Source: a virus (lineage: Duplodnaviria; Caudoviricetes). Taken from it: a DNA stretch of 40,466 bases. The first letter of the stretch is position 1; each line of letters opens with the position of its first letter. Below the pieces are notes generated by a model. It did not search any database and had not been told where the DNA came from. It saw nothing but the letters and a program-made list of their open reading frames with translations. Location of the stretch: the IMG/VR virus record IMGVR_UViG_3300025018_000266, positions 1-40,466 of that record, one strand, 5' to 3'. Of the stretch, positions 27,901 through 37,638 are shown piece by piece. Made by a program: the position numbers and the translations under genes.

Positions 27901-30900
27901 AGTGGAGAAGAAAAGCAGTTGAGTACAATAAACCTGTAAAACTTACAAAAGTAGACCAAGTAAGCATAAACAAACAGGTAGAGGACTTGGTAGCAGAAAA
28001 AGGTAACGGAACGTACACAGATGAGGAAAAGTCCCTTTTGAAGCAGTACACAGGTTCAGGTGGGCTAGAAACAGGTGGTGCAGAGGGTAGGGGGTTACTT
28101 GATGAATACTTTACTCCTAAGCCTATTGTTGACTTCATGTGGGACAAGGTTAAAAACTTGCAGTACGGGAAAGATCCCAAGTCAATGTACAAGTATATTA
28201 CAGGTGGATTAAGTATTCTTGAACCGGCAGCAGGGATAGGTGGTTTCTTTGATGGCAACACCGTTGCAGGACTAAAGACTGCCTATGAGATAAACAAGAC
28301 TTCAGCAACAATAATTAAAGCACTATACCCACTTGCAAGAGTGAAGAACGTACCATTTGAAAGCAACTTTATAGGAATGAGGGGAGAAAAGATTGCAGTC
28401 AAGCCCGAATATGACATAGTAATAGGAAATCCACCATACGGAGAACACAGGGGTAAGTATCTTGGTCTTGGTGAGGAACAAAAGATAGTTAAGTACGAGG
28501 AATACTTTATAAAACGTGGGCTTGATGTACTACACAATCAGGGAGTATTAACCTACATAGTACCGTCAGCTTTTCTAAGTGGCGGTACAAACTACGCAAA
28601 GTCAGAGATAGCAAAGTTGGGAACTCTTATAGATGCCTATAGACTACCAAACGGAGTGTTTGGTACTACTACAATAGGCACAGACGTTATCTTTATAAGG
28701 AAACAACCACTAACCGGAAACACTAACACAAGCGAGGCAAGGTTAATGCAACATGAAAGGGAACTGGAACTAAGCGATAATAACTTCTTTAACGGTACAC
28801 CCGACAAGGTTCTTGGTGAAATATCAAAGGGAACAGGTAATTATGGAGCAGACGAGGTAAAGGGAACTCTAGAAGCAGCGATAGAAAAGGCTAAGAACCA
28901 ACCTGTAGAGATACACGACACTATCCCTGCCAAAGAAGTGGCAGAGAACGAACAGGAAATGCGAAAGGAAGTTCAGGAAGCAGAGGAAAAGACCAAAGAT
29001 GCGACAATACCACCAGTTAAAAGAGTACCGGAAAACCCCGTTATTACTAACGATATAAACAAAAAGGCAATCATTATACCCAATAAAAAAGACACTAAGA
29101 TGAAACTAAGCGAGGGAGTGTCCGAAGAAGATATGAGTATGTGGAAGAATGTGAACGTAACAGGGGAACTAAACAGCACTTACACAGCAGGGTTTGATCC
29201 AAAGACATTTATTAGCAATAAGATGGCAGTAGCAATAGAAGATGGTGTAGCCAAGTACTACCCCAATGTAATGTACTATCAGGGAGACATATACGAGAAG
29301 ATGGATAATCTTGTTCTATCCAATTCTGCCAAAGAGATAAGCCCTAAGCAGTTTGCTATACAGGAAAAAGGATTAAAAGAGGTACTACCAGCACCGAAGG
29401 ATATATTTGATATAGAGTTGTCTCCACCGTCAGACTTTGTTAAGGGAATAAGACTAGAGGTAGAGGGAGAGCAACCTACAAGACTTGTGGATATGTTCCA
29501 CACATATCTTAGGTCTTTACCCTATGACGCTTTTGGAAGTTCTACATCTTGGGAAGTTAGGGGGTATGTAGACGGAAGCGTTGTTAACACAGGAGATAAG
29601 ATATACAACATTGAGGTCAGACAGCGTAGGAGAGCAGTTGGTAACGCCTTATTTAAGAGATTTGTAAGAGAACAGTTAACACCGGATCAACAGAAATACA
29701 TAGCCAGTATCTACAATAAGAGTTTCAACTCTTATCATAAGCCCGACTATAAACAAGTTCCTGTAACAGCAGAGATAAACTCTACATTTAACCCGAAGCA
29801 CAAGTCAGGAAAACACCCACTTGTTGTTAAGGGAGTGCAGAAAGAGGGAGCAGCGTTTCTAACTACCAAAGGAGTAGGACTTCTAGGATATGATGTTGGA
29901 GTAGGAAAGACGCTTACATCTATTGTGGCTATAAACGAGGTAATGAAGAAAGGGTGGGCTAAACGACCTTTAGTTATTGTTCCTAACGGAGTGTATCGCA
30001 ACTGGATAAACGAAATATCAGAAGTTATACCCGATATAAAGATAAACTCACTAATGAACTTGGGAGCAGCATTTAAGGGTGATTTGAAAACATTACAGGT
30101 AGAGGAAGGTACTCTATCAATTATTACTTACGATGGTTTAACCAAACTGGGGTTTAAGCCAGAAACCTATGACGAACTAACTAAGGATCTAAAAGATGTT
30201 ATGTCCGGAGTAAATACCACCAAAAGGAGTGAAGCCAAAGAGGAAGCACAGATAGAGCAACAGATTGGTAGAGCCATAAGAGGTACTACAGGGGATAGAT
30301 TCTTTGAGGATTTAGGGTTTGACCATATAACCATTGATGAGGTACAGAACTTCAAGAACATCTTTGCAGGTGCGAAGCTGGAAAGAGGTCAGGGAAATGA
30401 GTATAGAAACGTAAGAGGCTCAAGTTCAGCTAGGGGTATAAAAGCCTATTTAATGGCACAGTACATTCTAAGAGAGAACAACAACAGAAACGTATTCCTA
30501 TTGTCAGCTACACCATTTAGCAACTCGCCTTTAGAGATTTACTCCATATTGTCTTTGATGGGTAAGAAACGACTAGAGAACATGGGGTTAAAGAACGTAA
30601 ACGACTTTATGAGTATGTATATGGAACTCAAACCCACCTTTGTTGTTAAGGCGGATCAGACAGTAAAAGAGGAAGATGTTATAGAGAAGTTCCAAAACCT
30701 ACAAGAGTTGCAAAAGATTGTTACAGAGTTTATAGACTTTAGAACAGGTGAGGAAGCAGGAGTAGAGAGACCGTCAAGAATAAAAAGAACTATTCAGCTT
30801 AATCCTACAGTCTTACAGAACGAGTATGTCCAAGAAGCACAAAAGCTATTTGGTGATAAAAGTGGTGGTGGTGCTATTGTTGCTATAACAGAGTTACAAA

Positions 30901-33900
30901 ACATCACGCTATCCCCATATCTATCACGATACAATACTACAACGCTTACATATAAAGAGTTTGTAGAGAACTCGCCAAAGATTAAGTTCGCAGTAGAAGC
31001 AGTAGCACAGACGCATAAGGACAATAAGAACGTAGGACAGGTTATTTATATGCCAAGAGGGGTAGACCATTTCCCACTTCTTGTTGAGTATCTAGTAAAA
31101 GAGAAAGGGTTTAAGAGTAGTGAAGTAGCCGTTGTGTCCGGTGGAATGAATATAGACGTAAAGCAGGGCATACAGGACAAGTTCAATAAGGGAGACGTTA
31201 AGGTCTTAATAGGCACAGAAGCTATAAAAGAGGGAGTTAACCTACAGGAAAGGTCTACGGACTTATATCATTTACACCTACCTTGGAATCCTACAGATAT
31301 GTTACAGGTAGAAGGAAGAATATGGAGACAGGGAAACGACTATGCCAATGTCAGAATACACTACCCACTTATAGAAAACTCCGTTGATAGTTTCATATTC
31401 CAAAAGCTAGAAACCAAAGAGAAGCGTATTAAAAACCTATGGAGTTACAAGGAAAATGAGATAAACGTGGGAGATTTGGACTTTGAGAACATGAAACTAG
31501 ACCTTATCACAGATCCAATGATAAGAGTTAGAGCAGAGCATACCTTTGACGCTAAGAAAGAAACACAGAAACTAGAGCAGATAAAGGTAGAAAAAGCCTT
31601 TGCAGACCGAAAGATTGAGAAGTTAGCAGAAGCTATCAAAAACCTAAAGTATTCAGAGGAAAGCCTAAAGACTAACGAGGAAATAGCCAAGAAAGATCCG
31701 GAATCATACGAAGCCACACACCTAGACTACTACATTAAGTCTGCCAGTAAGTACAAGACAGAGGTTGCAGATTTAAGAGCAGATTTCGCTAAGAAAGGTG
31801 TTGATGTAGCCAACCTAGAGGGCAAGTCAAAAGAGTTACAGACACAGATAGACGAGCAACAAAAGGTTATAGAACAACTAGAAACAGACTACGGAGCAAA
31901 GCTGGAAGCAGCAAAAGGTGAGGAATACAAAGCTAACGTAAAGCCGAACAACTACTTTGTACTAACAAAAGAGATAGCCAATGAGAACGCTACATTCTTT
32001 AAGAAAAGAGCAGGACAAGATGTTGTGAGGGCTGCAAACACCAGCTATACAGCACCAAGTGGTACAGCGGATGTTGGTGGCTATTCAGATATACAAAGTA
32101 CGTCAAAGATTGTAGCCAACATAAAAGCAGTCGAGTTTCCGGAGATACTAAGACTTACAAAAGAACTTATGGGAGATACCCCAACACTACGGAACTTCAA
32201 GAGAGCATTGGGTAAGTTCTATAGCATAGACGGCGGCAAGATGAAGTTTAGCCCTGAAATATGGAAAGAAGCAGGACTAGCTTCAAAGGTACTAGCACAC
32301 GAACTAGGACACCTAGCCGACTATCTACCAGATAGAACACTGTTGAGGGGAAACATCATAGGTAGAATACATAGCCTTAACAAATATCTAAAGGGTACTT
32401 TTGGAGAATCAGAGGTTAAAAACGCAGACATAAGAGCAGAACTAAAGGATTTAAGTCAGGCGTGGAAACCCTTTGATGAGTTGCAAAACCCCAACTTCAC
32501 AAGTTACAGGTATTCATCTAGGGAACTGTACGCTGATGCAATAAGTGTATTATTTAATGATCCGGCACTGTTGCAGGAACAAGCACCCACCTTTTGGTCG
32601 GAATTTTTTGACGGACTAGACAGCAAACCCGAAGTAAAGGACTCATTTAATGACCTATGGAATCTGCTCAATCAGGGAGAGGAAGCAGTATTTAATGCCA
32701 GAAACGAGGAAATAGACAAGGCTTATGCTAAAGCGGAGCAGGTATGGGCAACTAAAACGATAGAGAAACAGAAAAGAAAGCTAAATATATTTGAATCACT
32801 AAGAACTCTATTTGATGATAGAAACTTTCAGTTAAACAAAAGGGTAAAGCAACAGACTAGAAAAGGAATAAAGGTTGAGGATAGGCTAAACCCCATGTTT
32901 GCCTTTGAGGGACTTAACTATTTAGATGGAAAGATAAAAAACTTTGTGGCTGATAACTTCCAACCGGCATATCAAAAGGCAGCGGAAGTATCAGATGGGT
33001 GGGCTACACTAGGTAAGATACTGCAAATGGAAAGGACTATTCACGAAAGAGGGGAGTTTGCTAATCCGCTAGGCTATGATCCAAAGACGGCAAAGGATTT
33101 CCTTGCGGGTCTACAGAGGAACACACCGGCAGAAGATTGGGTAAAGATACAGGAAGCCAAAGACCTATTCAGAAAAGGTATGGAGTCAGTAGTTAAACTA
33201 GCAGAAACAAACGGATACTATAAACCCGAAATGATAGAGACTATGAAGGCTAATCCCGCCTACGCTACATATCAGGTCATAGACTACCTAGACACCTATG
33301 TATCAGCTAGTATCAAACATCAGGTGGGAACATTAAAAGAGGTTGCTAACCCAGCTACATCTTCGGTTATGAAAGCAATAGCCACTATGAAAGCTATTGA
33401 GTACAACAACGCCAAGAAGTCGGCTGTAGATTTTCAAAGGGACTTCTACAAGGATGAGATAGAGCCGGCTAAGAGTATGTGGACAGGCAAGTTTTGGGAA
33501 ATAATTGATTCTAAAGACCCCGAACAGGGTACTGTAGTTATTATCAGAAACGGTACACCGGAGGGATTTTATATTAAAAAAGACCTAGCAGAAGTATTTA
33601 ACCACACCACAAGTCAGTCTCTTATGATGGGTGCAAAGTTATCCCGTTTACTTTCTGGCAGTTCTGTATATAGACCTCTATTCGTCACAATAAACTTGGG
33701 TTTTCAAACATTTAACGTACCCAGAGACTTTTGGAGATATTGGAAAAACTTACCCGACTATACATTCAAACGGGCATTGCTCTCTTTGCCGAGAGCAGTG
33801 ATTAGATATGGACAAGCCCTACCACACGCTGTGCGTGAGCAATTGGGCAAACCCGATGCTCTCATAAAAGAAATGGAGAACTCACAAATACTGGGTTTAA

Positions 33901-35309
33901 CCTTTAATGATATGTTTTCAAACCCCGATGAAAATGAGCAGAGGCAAATAGAGAGGGTTATGCAAAAAGCAGGGGTACTAGATAGTACAAGGAAAAGAAA
34001 CCTATTAACCCTGTTCTACACAGCCTTTGATATTGTAGCCGGAATAGGTAATACTGTTGAAAGACTACCCAAGATAGCAGGTTACATAGACTTAAAAGGA
34101 CAAATGCCCGAAGCAGAGTTAGCTTCTTTTATTAGAAACTATCTTGGATCACCTAACTTCAGAACGCAGGGAACGCTTACACCTATAAGCAACAACATCT
34201 TCATGTTCTCAAATGCCTATAAAGAGGGTATAAAGTCAGACTTCCAGATAGCCACAAACTACAAAACATCTAGCGGTTACAGTACAAGAAGTAGCTTTTG
34301 GTGGAAAACAATGCTAAGAACCATACTACCTAAAGCCATAATGGTTGGTGTGTCTATGGGACTTGCGGGGGATGAGTTAAGGAAACTTCTCGAAGATGCG
34401 AGTGAATATGACAAGACCAACTACGACATTATACCTATAGGTAGGGATGAGAACGGTAAAACAATATATCTAAGAGTACCGCAGGATGAGACTGGAAGGA
34501 TGGTAGGCGGATTCTTTTGGAAGTTATCTCATCTAGCCACCAAAGAGAAGATGACCTTTGCAGATGTATTTCAGGTGGTGGACTTCGGTGCAGGTCAAGT
34601 TCCGAACCTTGTGCCGTCTATAACCGGTGCTGGTGCTATATTGACTTATCTTTCAGGTCAGAACCCGTACGATACCTTTAGGGGAAGAAATGTTATACCT
34701 GATAAGTATTTCAAAGCTGGAGTTAAAGAGTCAGCCCCTATATTTATAGACTGGTTGTTAAAACAACAAGGTTTAGGGATAGTAATGCCCACATATACTC
34801 CAGAGGGAGATCTAACCACGCTTGAAAAGATACTTTACGCACCTATTTCATCTAACATATTGGGGAGATGGATCAAGGTATCCGACTATGGTAGAACAGA
34901 GAAACTAAGGGAAATAGAACAGCCGGAGATACAAAAGGCATCACAAAGACAAGTCAGCGAGGAAAAGAATCTAAAGAAAGCTGTAAAAGAATATAGTGCC
35001 GGCAGTCAGTCCATAACTAGGAAAAACGAGATCATAGCCCAATTAATTAAAGATGTTGTAGGTGATCCACCATACAAGACAGAGCAGATAACCAAAAGGA
35101 CTAATCTTATAAAGAAGTTCAATGTATCTATAATAAAACAGAGTGCTTCGCCGGAAGTAATGTCTCTTATCTATGCCAATACCAACGCCCGAAAGGTGGC
35201 TTTACTAAACGAGATTAAAAAAGAAATGAGTTCCAGCGAGTTCTCACAGTTAAAGAAAATGCTGTTTGATGAGAAGATAGTTAGTGGAGAGGTATTGGGC
35301 GGTTTATAA
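24990..35309 (+). CDS. 3439-aa polyvalent DarB-like protein: N6-adenine DNA methyltransferase, SNF2 helicase and HExxH metallopeptidase
   Basis: YTGSGG, EYFTP, LEPAAGIG, GNPPYG; DVGVGKT, IDEVQ, SATP, QVEGRIWRQGN; AHELGH...RELYAD. Confidence 0.88.
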   Translation: MIDFNAYLDEEEKKKKDQESGKITDFNAYLDNPPEQLKPSQIAAQEQKPVQPVKKPSIWENIKTKVSNTVKDIRGITPEILGQGLQTAPERFKKVVDIAKEFVAGDSETKETLDRQEEIKMLQVESETDQYIKDTRQEIINYFKDTTKDTSKYREVLAKVDASNFDDYKGSLERLSALPLEQKRDVGQKNTTEMFNRLKMLEDTKEEADQALGYVSANRGLVKELVHNIKDWKYTFPSSYTNYTTWLPTKQREAQEKRNRGETLTNEDKAFLNSSRTNTFNVLVDKGYGTLAADVVTGSLNFGAGMYLSNLIMGGNIVTTPVAQAVFNKIPAGKAKTIIEKVVGNSVQLAVQSQFDVPQIDATTAMYMLPTVDYEKYLKDEGGSGDILDYTKSGDDAGKAQTKARINNLIQYMSEGVGDYIDDATPFIKKAFIAKFLKNRGIKPSNTKVVRGVLRDLHINGIVGEVFEEEVAEKPMSMLEERDYYDPFFTPEGRERLLVETLGIAVMQGMASVTDVSINKFRDFRNRNKQKSISLQVEEETTPPPPPPANVAVVEGTDTPQGTEGLEREEEVVEQVIPSAGAENIVVEGLTKAGDTNIKITRDSGDNGMILKSDLMKAVNLTETADKIQIQGFERNDFEKGVQTDFKGTPTKILKNIEQYAKDNNKKVEVIGIGGDSAEYWTKQGYGVVGTRAVKEVTKETIVEKATTAVGVSEKPQLEEQKAVSIKEDTAREYWSSEKPMTIDGVKYRVGKMSYGDYFLEPYGKGGGETEPFATGTIFLRESPTEKGTLIDEDSAIQKEMAVEKSKPAPKKITKTAQKKTEVPSGIISTDEPTKPTTNKDIGRKPRSRQPADTVPESPTEQEGAGETVEVNGEIVARGEREGSDTGVGIRPTTQLEESLEELPEEIQTQADEDWLENFAEDEAKRVEDVAEINKKLKEGKLTKEQKEFLTRSKDKINKESADLEEAFVSKWRRKAVEYNKPVKLTKVDQVSINKQVEDLVAEKGNGTYTDEEKSLLKQYTGSGGLETGGAEGRGLLDEYFTPKPIVDFMWDKVKNLQYGKDPKSMYKYITGGLSILEPAAGIGGFFDGNTVAGLKTAYEINKTSATIIKALYPLARVKNVPFESNFIGMRGEKIAVKPEYDIVIGNPPYGEHRGKYLGLGEEQKIVKYEEYFIKRGLDVLHNQGVLTYIVPSAFLSGGTNYAKSEIAKLGTLIDAYRLPNGVFGTTTIGTDVIFIRKQPLTGNTNTSEARLMQHERELELSDNNFFNGTPDKVLGEISKGTGNYGADEVKGTLEAAIEKAKNQPVEIHDTIPAKEVAENEQEMRKEVQEAEEKTKDATIPPVKRVPENPVITNDINKKAIIIPNKKDTKMKLSEGVSEEDMSMWKNVNVTGELNSTYTAGFDPKTFISNKMAVAIEDGVAKYYPNVMYYQGDIYEKMDNLVLSNSAKEISPKQFAIQEKGLKEVLPAPKDIFDIELSPPSDFVKGIRLEVEGEQPTRLVDMFHTYLRSLPYDAFGSSTSWEVRGYVDGSVVNTGDKIYNIEVRQRRRAVGNALFKRFVREQLTPDQQKYIASIYNKSFNSYHKPDYKQVPVTAEINSTFNPKHKSGKHPLVVKGVQKEGAAFLTTKGVGLLGYDVGVGKTLTSIVAINEVMKKGWAKRPLVIVPNGVYRNWINEISEVIPDIKINSLMNLGAAFKGDLKTLQVEEGTLSIITYDGLTKLGFKPETYDELTKDLKDVMSGVNTTKRSEAKEEAQIEQQIGRAIRGTTGDRFFEDLGFDHITIDEVQNFKNIFAGAKLERGQGNEYRNVRGSSSARGIKAYLMAQYILRENNNRNVFLLSATPFSNSPLEIYSILSLMGKKRLENMGLKNVNDFMSMYMELKPTFVVKADQTVKEEDVIEKFQNLQELQKIVTEFIDFRTGEEAGVERPSRIKRTIQLNPTVLQNEYVQEAQKLFGDKSGGGAIVAITELQNITLSPYLSRYNTTTLTYKEFVENSPKIKFAVEAVAQTHKDNKNVGQVIYMPRGVDHFPLLVEYLVKEKGFKSSEVAVVSGGMNIDVKQGIQDKFNKGDVKVLIGTEAIKEGVNLQERSTDLYHLHLPWNPTDMLQVEGRIWRQGNDYANVRIHYPLIENSVDSFIFQKLETKEKRIKNLWSYKENEINVGDLDFENMKLDLITDPMIRVRAEHTFDAKKETQKLEQIKVEKAFADRKIEKLAEAIKNLKYSEESLKTNEEIAKKDPESYEATHLDYYIKSASKYKTEVADLRADFAKKGVDVANLEGKSKELQTQIDEQQKVIEQLETDYGAKLEAAKGEEYKANVKPNNYFVLTKEIANENATFFKKRAGQDVVRAANTSYTAPSGTADVGGYSDIQSTSKIVANIKAVEFPEILRLTKELMGDTPTLRNFKRALGKFYSIDGGKMKFSPEIWKEAGLASKVLAHELGHLADYLPDRTLLRGNIIGRIHSLNKYLKGTFGESEVKNADIRAELKDLSQAWKPFDELQNPNFTSYRYSSRELYADAISVLFNDPALLQEQAPTFWSEFFDGLDSKPEVKDSFNDLWNLLNQGEEAVFNARNEEIDKAYAKAEQVWATKTIEKQKRKLNIFESLRTLFDDRNFQLNKRVKQQTRKGIKVEDRLNPMFAFEGLNYLDGKIKNFVADNFQPAYQKAAEVSDGWATLGKILQMERTIHERGEFANPLGYDPKTAKDFLAGLQRNTPAEDWVKIQEAKDLFRKGMESVVKLAETNGYYKPEMIETMKANPAYATYQVIDYLDTYVSASIKHQVGTLKEVANPATSSVMKAIATMKAIEYNNAKKSAVDFQRDFYKDEIEPAKSMWTGKFWEIIDSKDPEQGTVVIIRNGTPEGFYIKKDLAEVFNHTTSQSLMMGAKLSRLLSGSSVYRPLFVTINLGFQTFNVPRDFWRYWKNLPDYTFKRALLSLPRAVIRYGQALPHAVREQLGKPDALIKEMENSQILGLTFNDMFSNPDENEQRQIERVMQKAGVLDSTRKRNLLTLFYTAFDIVAGIGNTVERLPKIAGYIDLKGQMPEAELASFIRNYLGSPNFRTQGTLTPISNNIFMFSNAYKEGIKSDFQIATNYKTSSGYSTRSSFWWKTMLRTILPKAIMVGVSMGLAGDELRKLLEDASEYDKTNYDIIPIGRDENGKTIYLRVPQDETGRMVGGFFWKLSHLATKEKMTFADVFQVVDFGAGQVPNLVPSITGAGAILTYLSGQNPYDTFRGRNVIPDKYFKAGVKESAPIFIDWLLKQQGLGIVMPTYTPEGDLTTLEKILYAPISSNILGRWIKVSDYGRTEKLREIEQPEIQKASQRQVSEEKNLKKAVKEYSAGSQSITRKNEIIAQLIKDVVGDPPYKTEQITKRTNLIKKFNVSIIKQSASPEVMSLIYANTNARKVALLNEIKKEMSSSEFSQLKKMLFDEKIVSGEVLGGL

Positions 35310-35331
35310 CAAGTAAGGTATAATTAACAAT

Positions 35332-35715
35332 ATGGTAATAAATAGATGGGGGGTTGACGAAACCGCTATAAACTTGGCAACAGTTACATCTCAAAAAGCA
35401 GTAGACCTAGCAACAGCGACCGCAAAAACAGCAACAGAACTGGCATCCAAAACAGCAGAAACAACAGCCGTTATAAATACTAATATTGAGTGGATGAAAC
35501 AAAGTTTGGCGGGAATCGAGACAACCTTGAAAGAAATGAACAATATGTTTGTTAACAGAGTAGAGTTCACCGAGGTAGTAAGAGTCCAAGATGACCACGA
35601 AAATCGTACAAGAGTAATAGAGCAAAGTATATGGAAATGGATGGGCGTATCTTCTGCTATTGCTACGATATTTACAATTATAATGAGTTTTGTTTTGAAA
35701 GTAATAAAGATATGA
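35332..35715 (+). CDS. Coiled-coil protein with C-terminal TM (holin/XhlA-like)
   Basis: DHENRTRVIE followed by a hydrophobic C-terminus; upstream of the endolysin. Confidence 0.55.
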   Translation: MVINRWGVDETAINLATVTSQKAVDLATATAKTATELASKTAETTAVINTNIEWMKQSLAGIETTLKEMNNMFVNRVEFTEVVRVQDDHENRTRVIEQSIWKWMGVSSAIATIFTIIMSFVLKVIKI

Positions 35716-35776
35716 GAGATTTCACAACATTAAAATATGCCGAAACAGACAAAGGATAAATAAGGTATAATAAGAT

Positions 35777-36769
35777 ATGCCAAAACGAGTATGTTTGCAG
35801 AGTGGACACGGGGGTATGACGAGTGGTGCTACAGGTGCTTACGGCGAACGTGATTGGACAACTAAGATAGTTCCTCTTGTATCCTCAATACTAAAATCTA
35901 AAGGTATAGAAGTGTATGAAACAGATGCTTTTGGTAACAAAGATCCCAAAGTAACCGGAACTGATTGGGACTATTTCCTTGCTATTCACTATGATGCAGA
36001 TATTTACAATGATCGTGGTGGGTTTTCAGACTATCCCGATAAGTCAGTAGATGCTTCTTATGAAAGATCCAAACAACTAGCACTTGTTTTAGGAGAACGT
36101 TTTTTCAAAACTACGGGGATACCCGAAAGACCACAAAGATCCAACGCTAACACCAAGTTCTACTATATGTGGTCAGCTTTATCAGCCAATACCCCATGTG
36201 TGCTAATTGAGTGCGGTGTAGGGAACAGAAAACCCGAAGATTACAACATATTAAGAAAGTACGATCTTATTGCAGATGCTCTAGCCGATGGAATACTAGA
36301 GGGGTTAGGACTACCAACCGGAAATGAGGTGGAAGCATTGCAGAAAAAGATAGACGAGCTGCTAAACGAAGTTATAGAAATAAGGGCTTCAAGAGACAGG
36401 TGGAAACTAAGGGCATCCGAACTGGAAGCAGAAATCATAAAAGATGCTCGATCTTCAACCGAACATATCAAAAATCTTCAATCTACGGTGGCTGAACAGG
36501 CAAACCAGATTGTAAGCATGAACGAGACAGTACAACAGTCGGCTTTAGAAAACAAACGTATCCTAGACGATTCTACAGCGTTACGCAAAGAACTGGTTGA
36601 TTTGACAGCCTCAAAAGATACCGAGTTAAAGCAATTACGCAAGAGTTGGGACTTGGAGAGGGCTAGAGCCGAGAAAGCAGAGCAAACTATAAGAGATTTG
36701 AAAGAAAAGATGAAACAGAACTTAAAAGGTTATAACAAATGGGAGAGATTATTTAGTTTGTTCAAATAA
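35777..36769 (+). CDS. Endolysin: N-acetylmuramoyl-L-alanine amidase (Amidase_3) plus coiled coil
   Basis: SGHGG, GE, LAIHYD, PCVLIECG zinc/catalytic motifs. Confidence 0.88.
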   Translation: MPKRVCLQSGHGGMTSGATGAYGERDWTTKIVPLVSSILKSKGIEVYETDAFGNKDPKVTGTDWDYFLAIHYDADIYNDRGGFSDYPDKSVDASYERSKQLALVLGERFFKTTGIPERPQRSNANTKFYYMWSALSANTPCVLIECGVGNRKPEDYNILRKYDLIADALADGILEGLGLPTGNEVEALQKKIDELLNEVIEIRASRDRWKLRASELEAEIIKDARSSTEHIKNLQSTVAEQANQIVSMNETVQQSALENKRILDDSTALRKELVDLTASKDTELKQLRKSWDLERARAEKAEQTIRDLKEKMKQNLKGYNKWERLFSLFK

Positions 36770-36793
36770 AAGGTAAAAGGGGGGTGTTAAAAA

Positions 36794-37018
36794 ATGAATA
36801 TAATGACCAAACAAAAAGTAAGTCCCAGAGGCAAACTTAACAAAGCCGACCTAAGAAAACTAGGGGTAAATATACTCAAGTTTACAGCTCCAGCACTAGC
36901 CGCCTTTTTCGGTCAGTTAGCGTTAGGTGTCGAATGGAAGCCCGCCTTGCTGTTTGCTTCTTATATCTTTTACGCATTGTTGCAGGATTTCCTTAGTAAG
37001 CTAAATACAGCGGTATAA
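36794..37018 (+). CDS. Holin (two TM segments, probable)
   Basis: Small hydrophobic ORF after the endolysin; AAGGGGGGTG SD. Confidence 0.65.
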   Translation: MNIMTKQKVSPRGKLNKADLRKLGVNILKFTAPALAAFFGQLALGVEWKPALLFASYIFYALLQDFLSKLNTAV

Positions 37019-37405
37019 TTATTTTAGCGTTAGTGCTTGGAAGATAAACTGTTGGGGATAGCATCTGTACCCTGTTGTACCCCACTGTACCCCAGCAGTT
37101 TGTTTTTCAAATATATCCCCACAGAATCCAATATCAAACTTATCCCCGTATTGTTCTTCTACATAGGGTTCGGAATAATCATGATCCCATCCCCTAATAT
37201 TGAGATACTCATTCACAGCCCATTGTCCTAAACATCCCTTTACGTTTTTATGTTCTCCACCATCGTTTGTTTTTCTACCTTTATTCTCCTTGTCCAGAAG
37301 TGGCGCAACACGCCTAGCCCAAGCAAATCTCTCCGGTGGAACATGGATAACGATTATGTCGTTTAGTTGATAGGGATATTCCGTTACTTTCAATATTCTT
37401 GTCAT
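37019..37405 (-). CDS. Possible degenerate PD-(D/E)XK-like protein; the only credible minus-strand gene
   Basis: Own promoter TTGCAC-17-TATAGT, 8 nt before the ATG; G.LGQ.AV...DKFDI pattern. Confidence 0.45.
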   Translation of the reverse strand: MTRILKVTEYPYQLNDIIVIHVPPERFAWARRVAPLLDKENKGRKTNDGGEHKNVKGCLGQWAVNEYLNIRGWDHDYSEPYVEEQYGDKFDIGFCGDIFEKQTAGVQWGTTGYRCYPQQFIFQALTLK

Positions 37406-37610
37406 ATGTAGATACTATACACCCAATCGTGTTATCGTGCAAGAATATATCAACCTGCGTTGTAGTATTCGATGAAATAAGCCGTAGAACCAACAACACC
37501 ATTGAAATAGTCCAATGGTGGTTTGTGGTATCACTATTTTTAGAGTGATAAACTAGTCATACTTCAAATGATAAATACATTATACACCAACAAATCAATA
37601 GAAAACAACC

Positions 37611-37635
37611 ACACACTTTAATCGGTGTGTTTTTT
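37611..37635 (+). terminator. Intrinsic terminator-like hairpin
   Basis: acacac-loop-gtgtgt followed by a T run. Confidence 0.5.
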
Positions 37636-37638
37636 GTT

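Noticed and set aside
25715-31717. Numerous minus-strand ORFs within the giant gene (for example 27275-28261, 328 aa)
   Set aside because: Ser/Phe/Leu-rich antisense shadows of a purine-rich coding strand, with no motifs or start signals.
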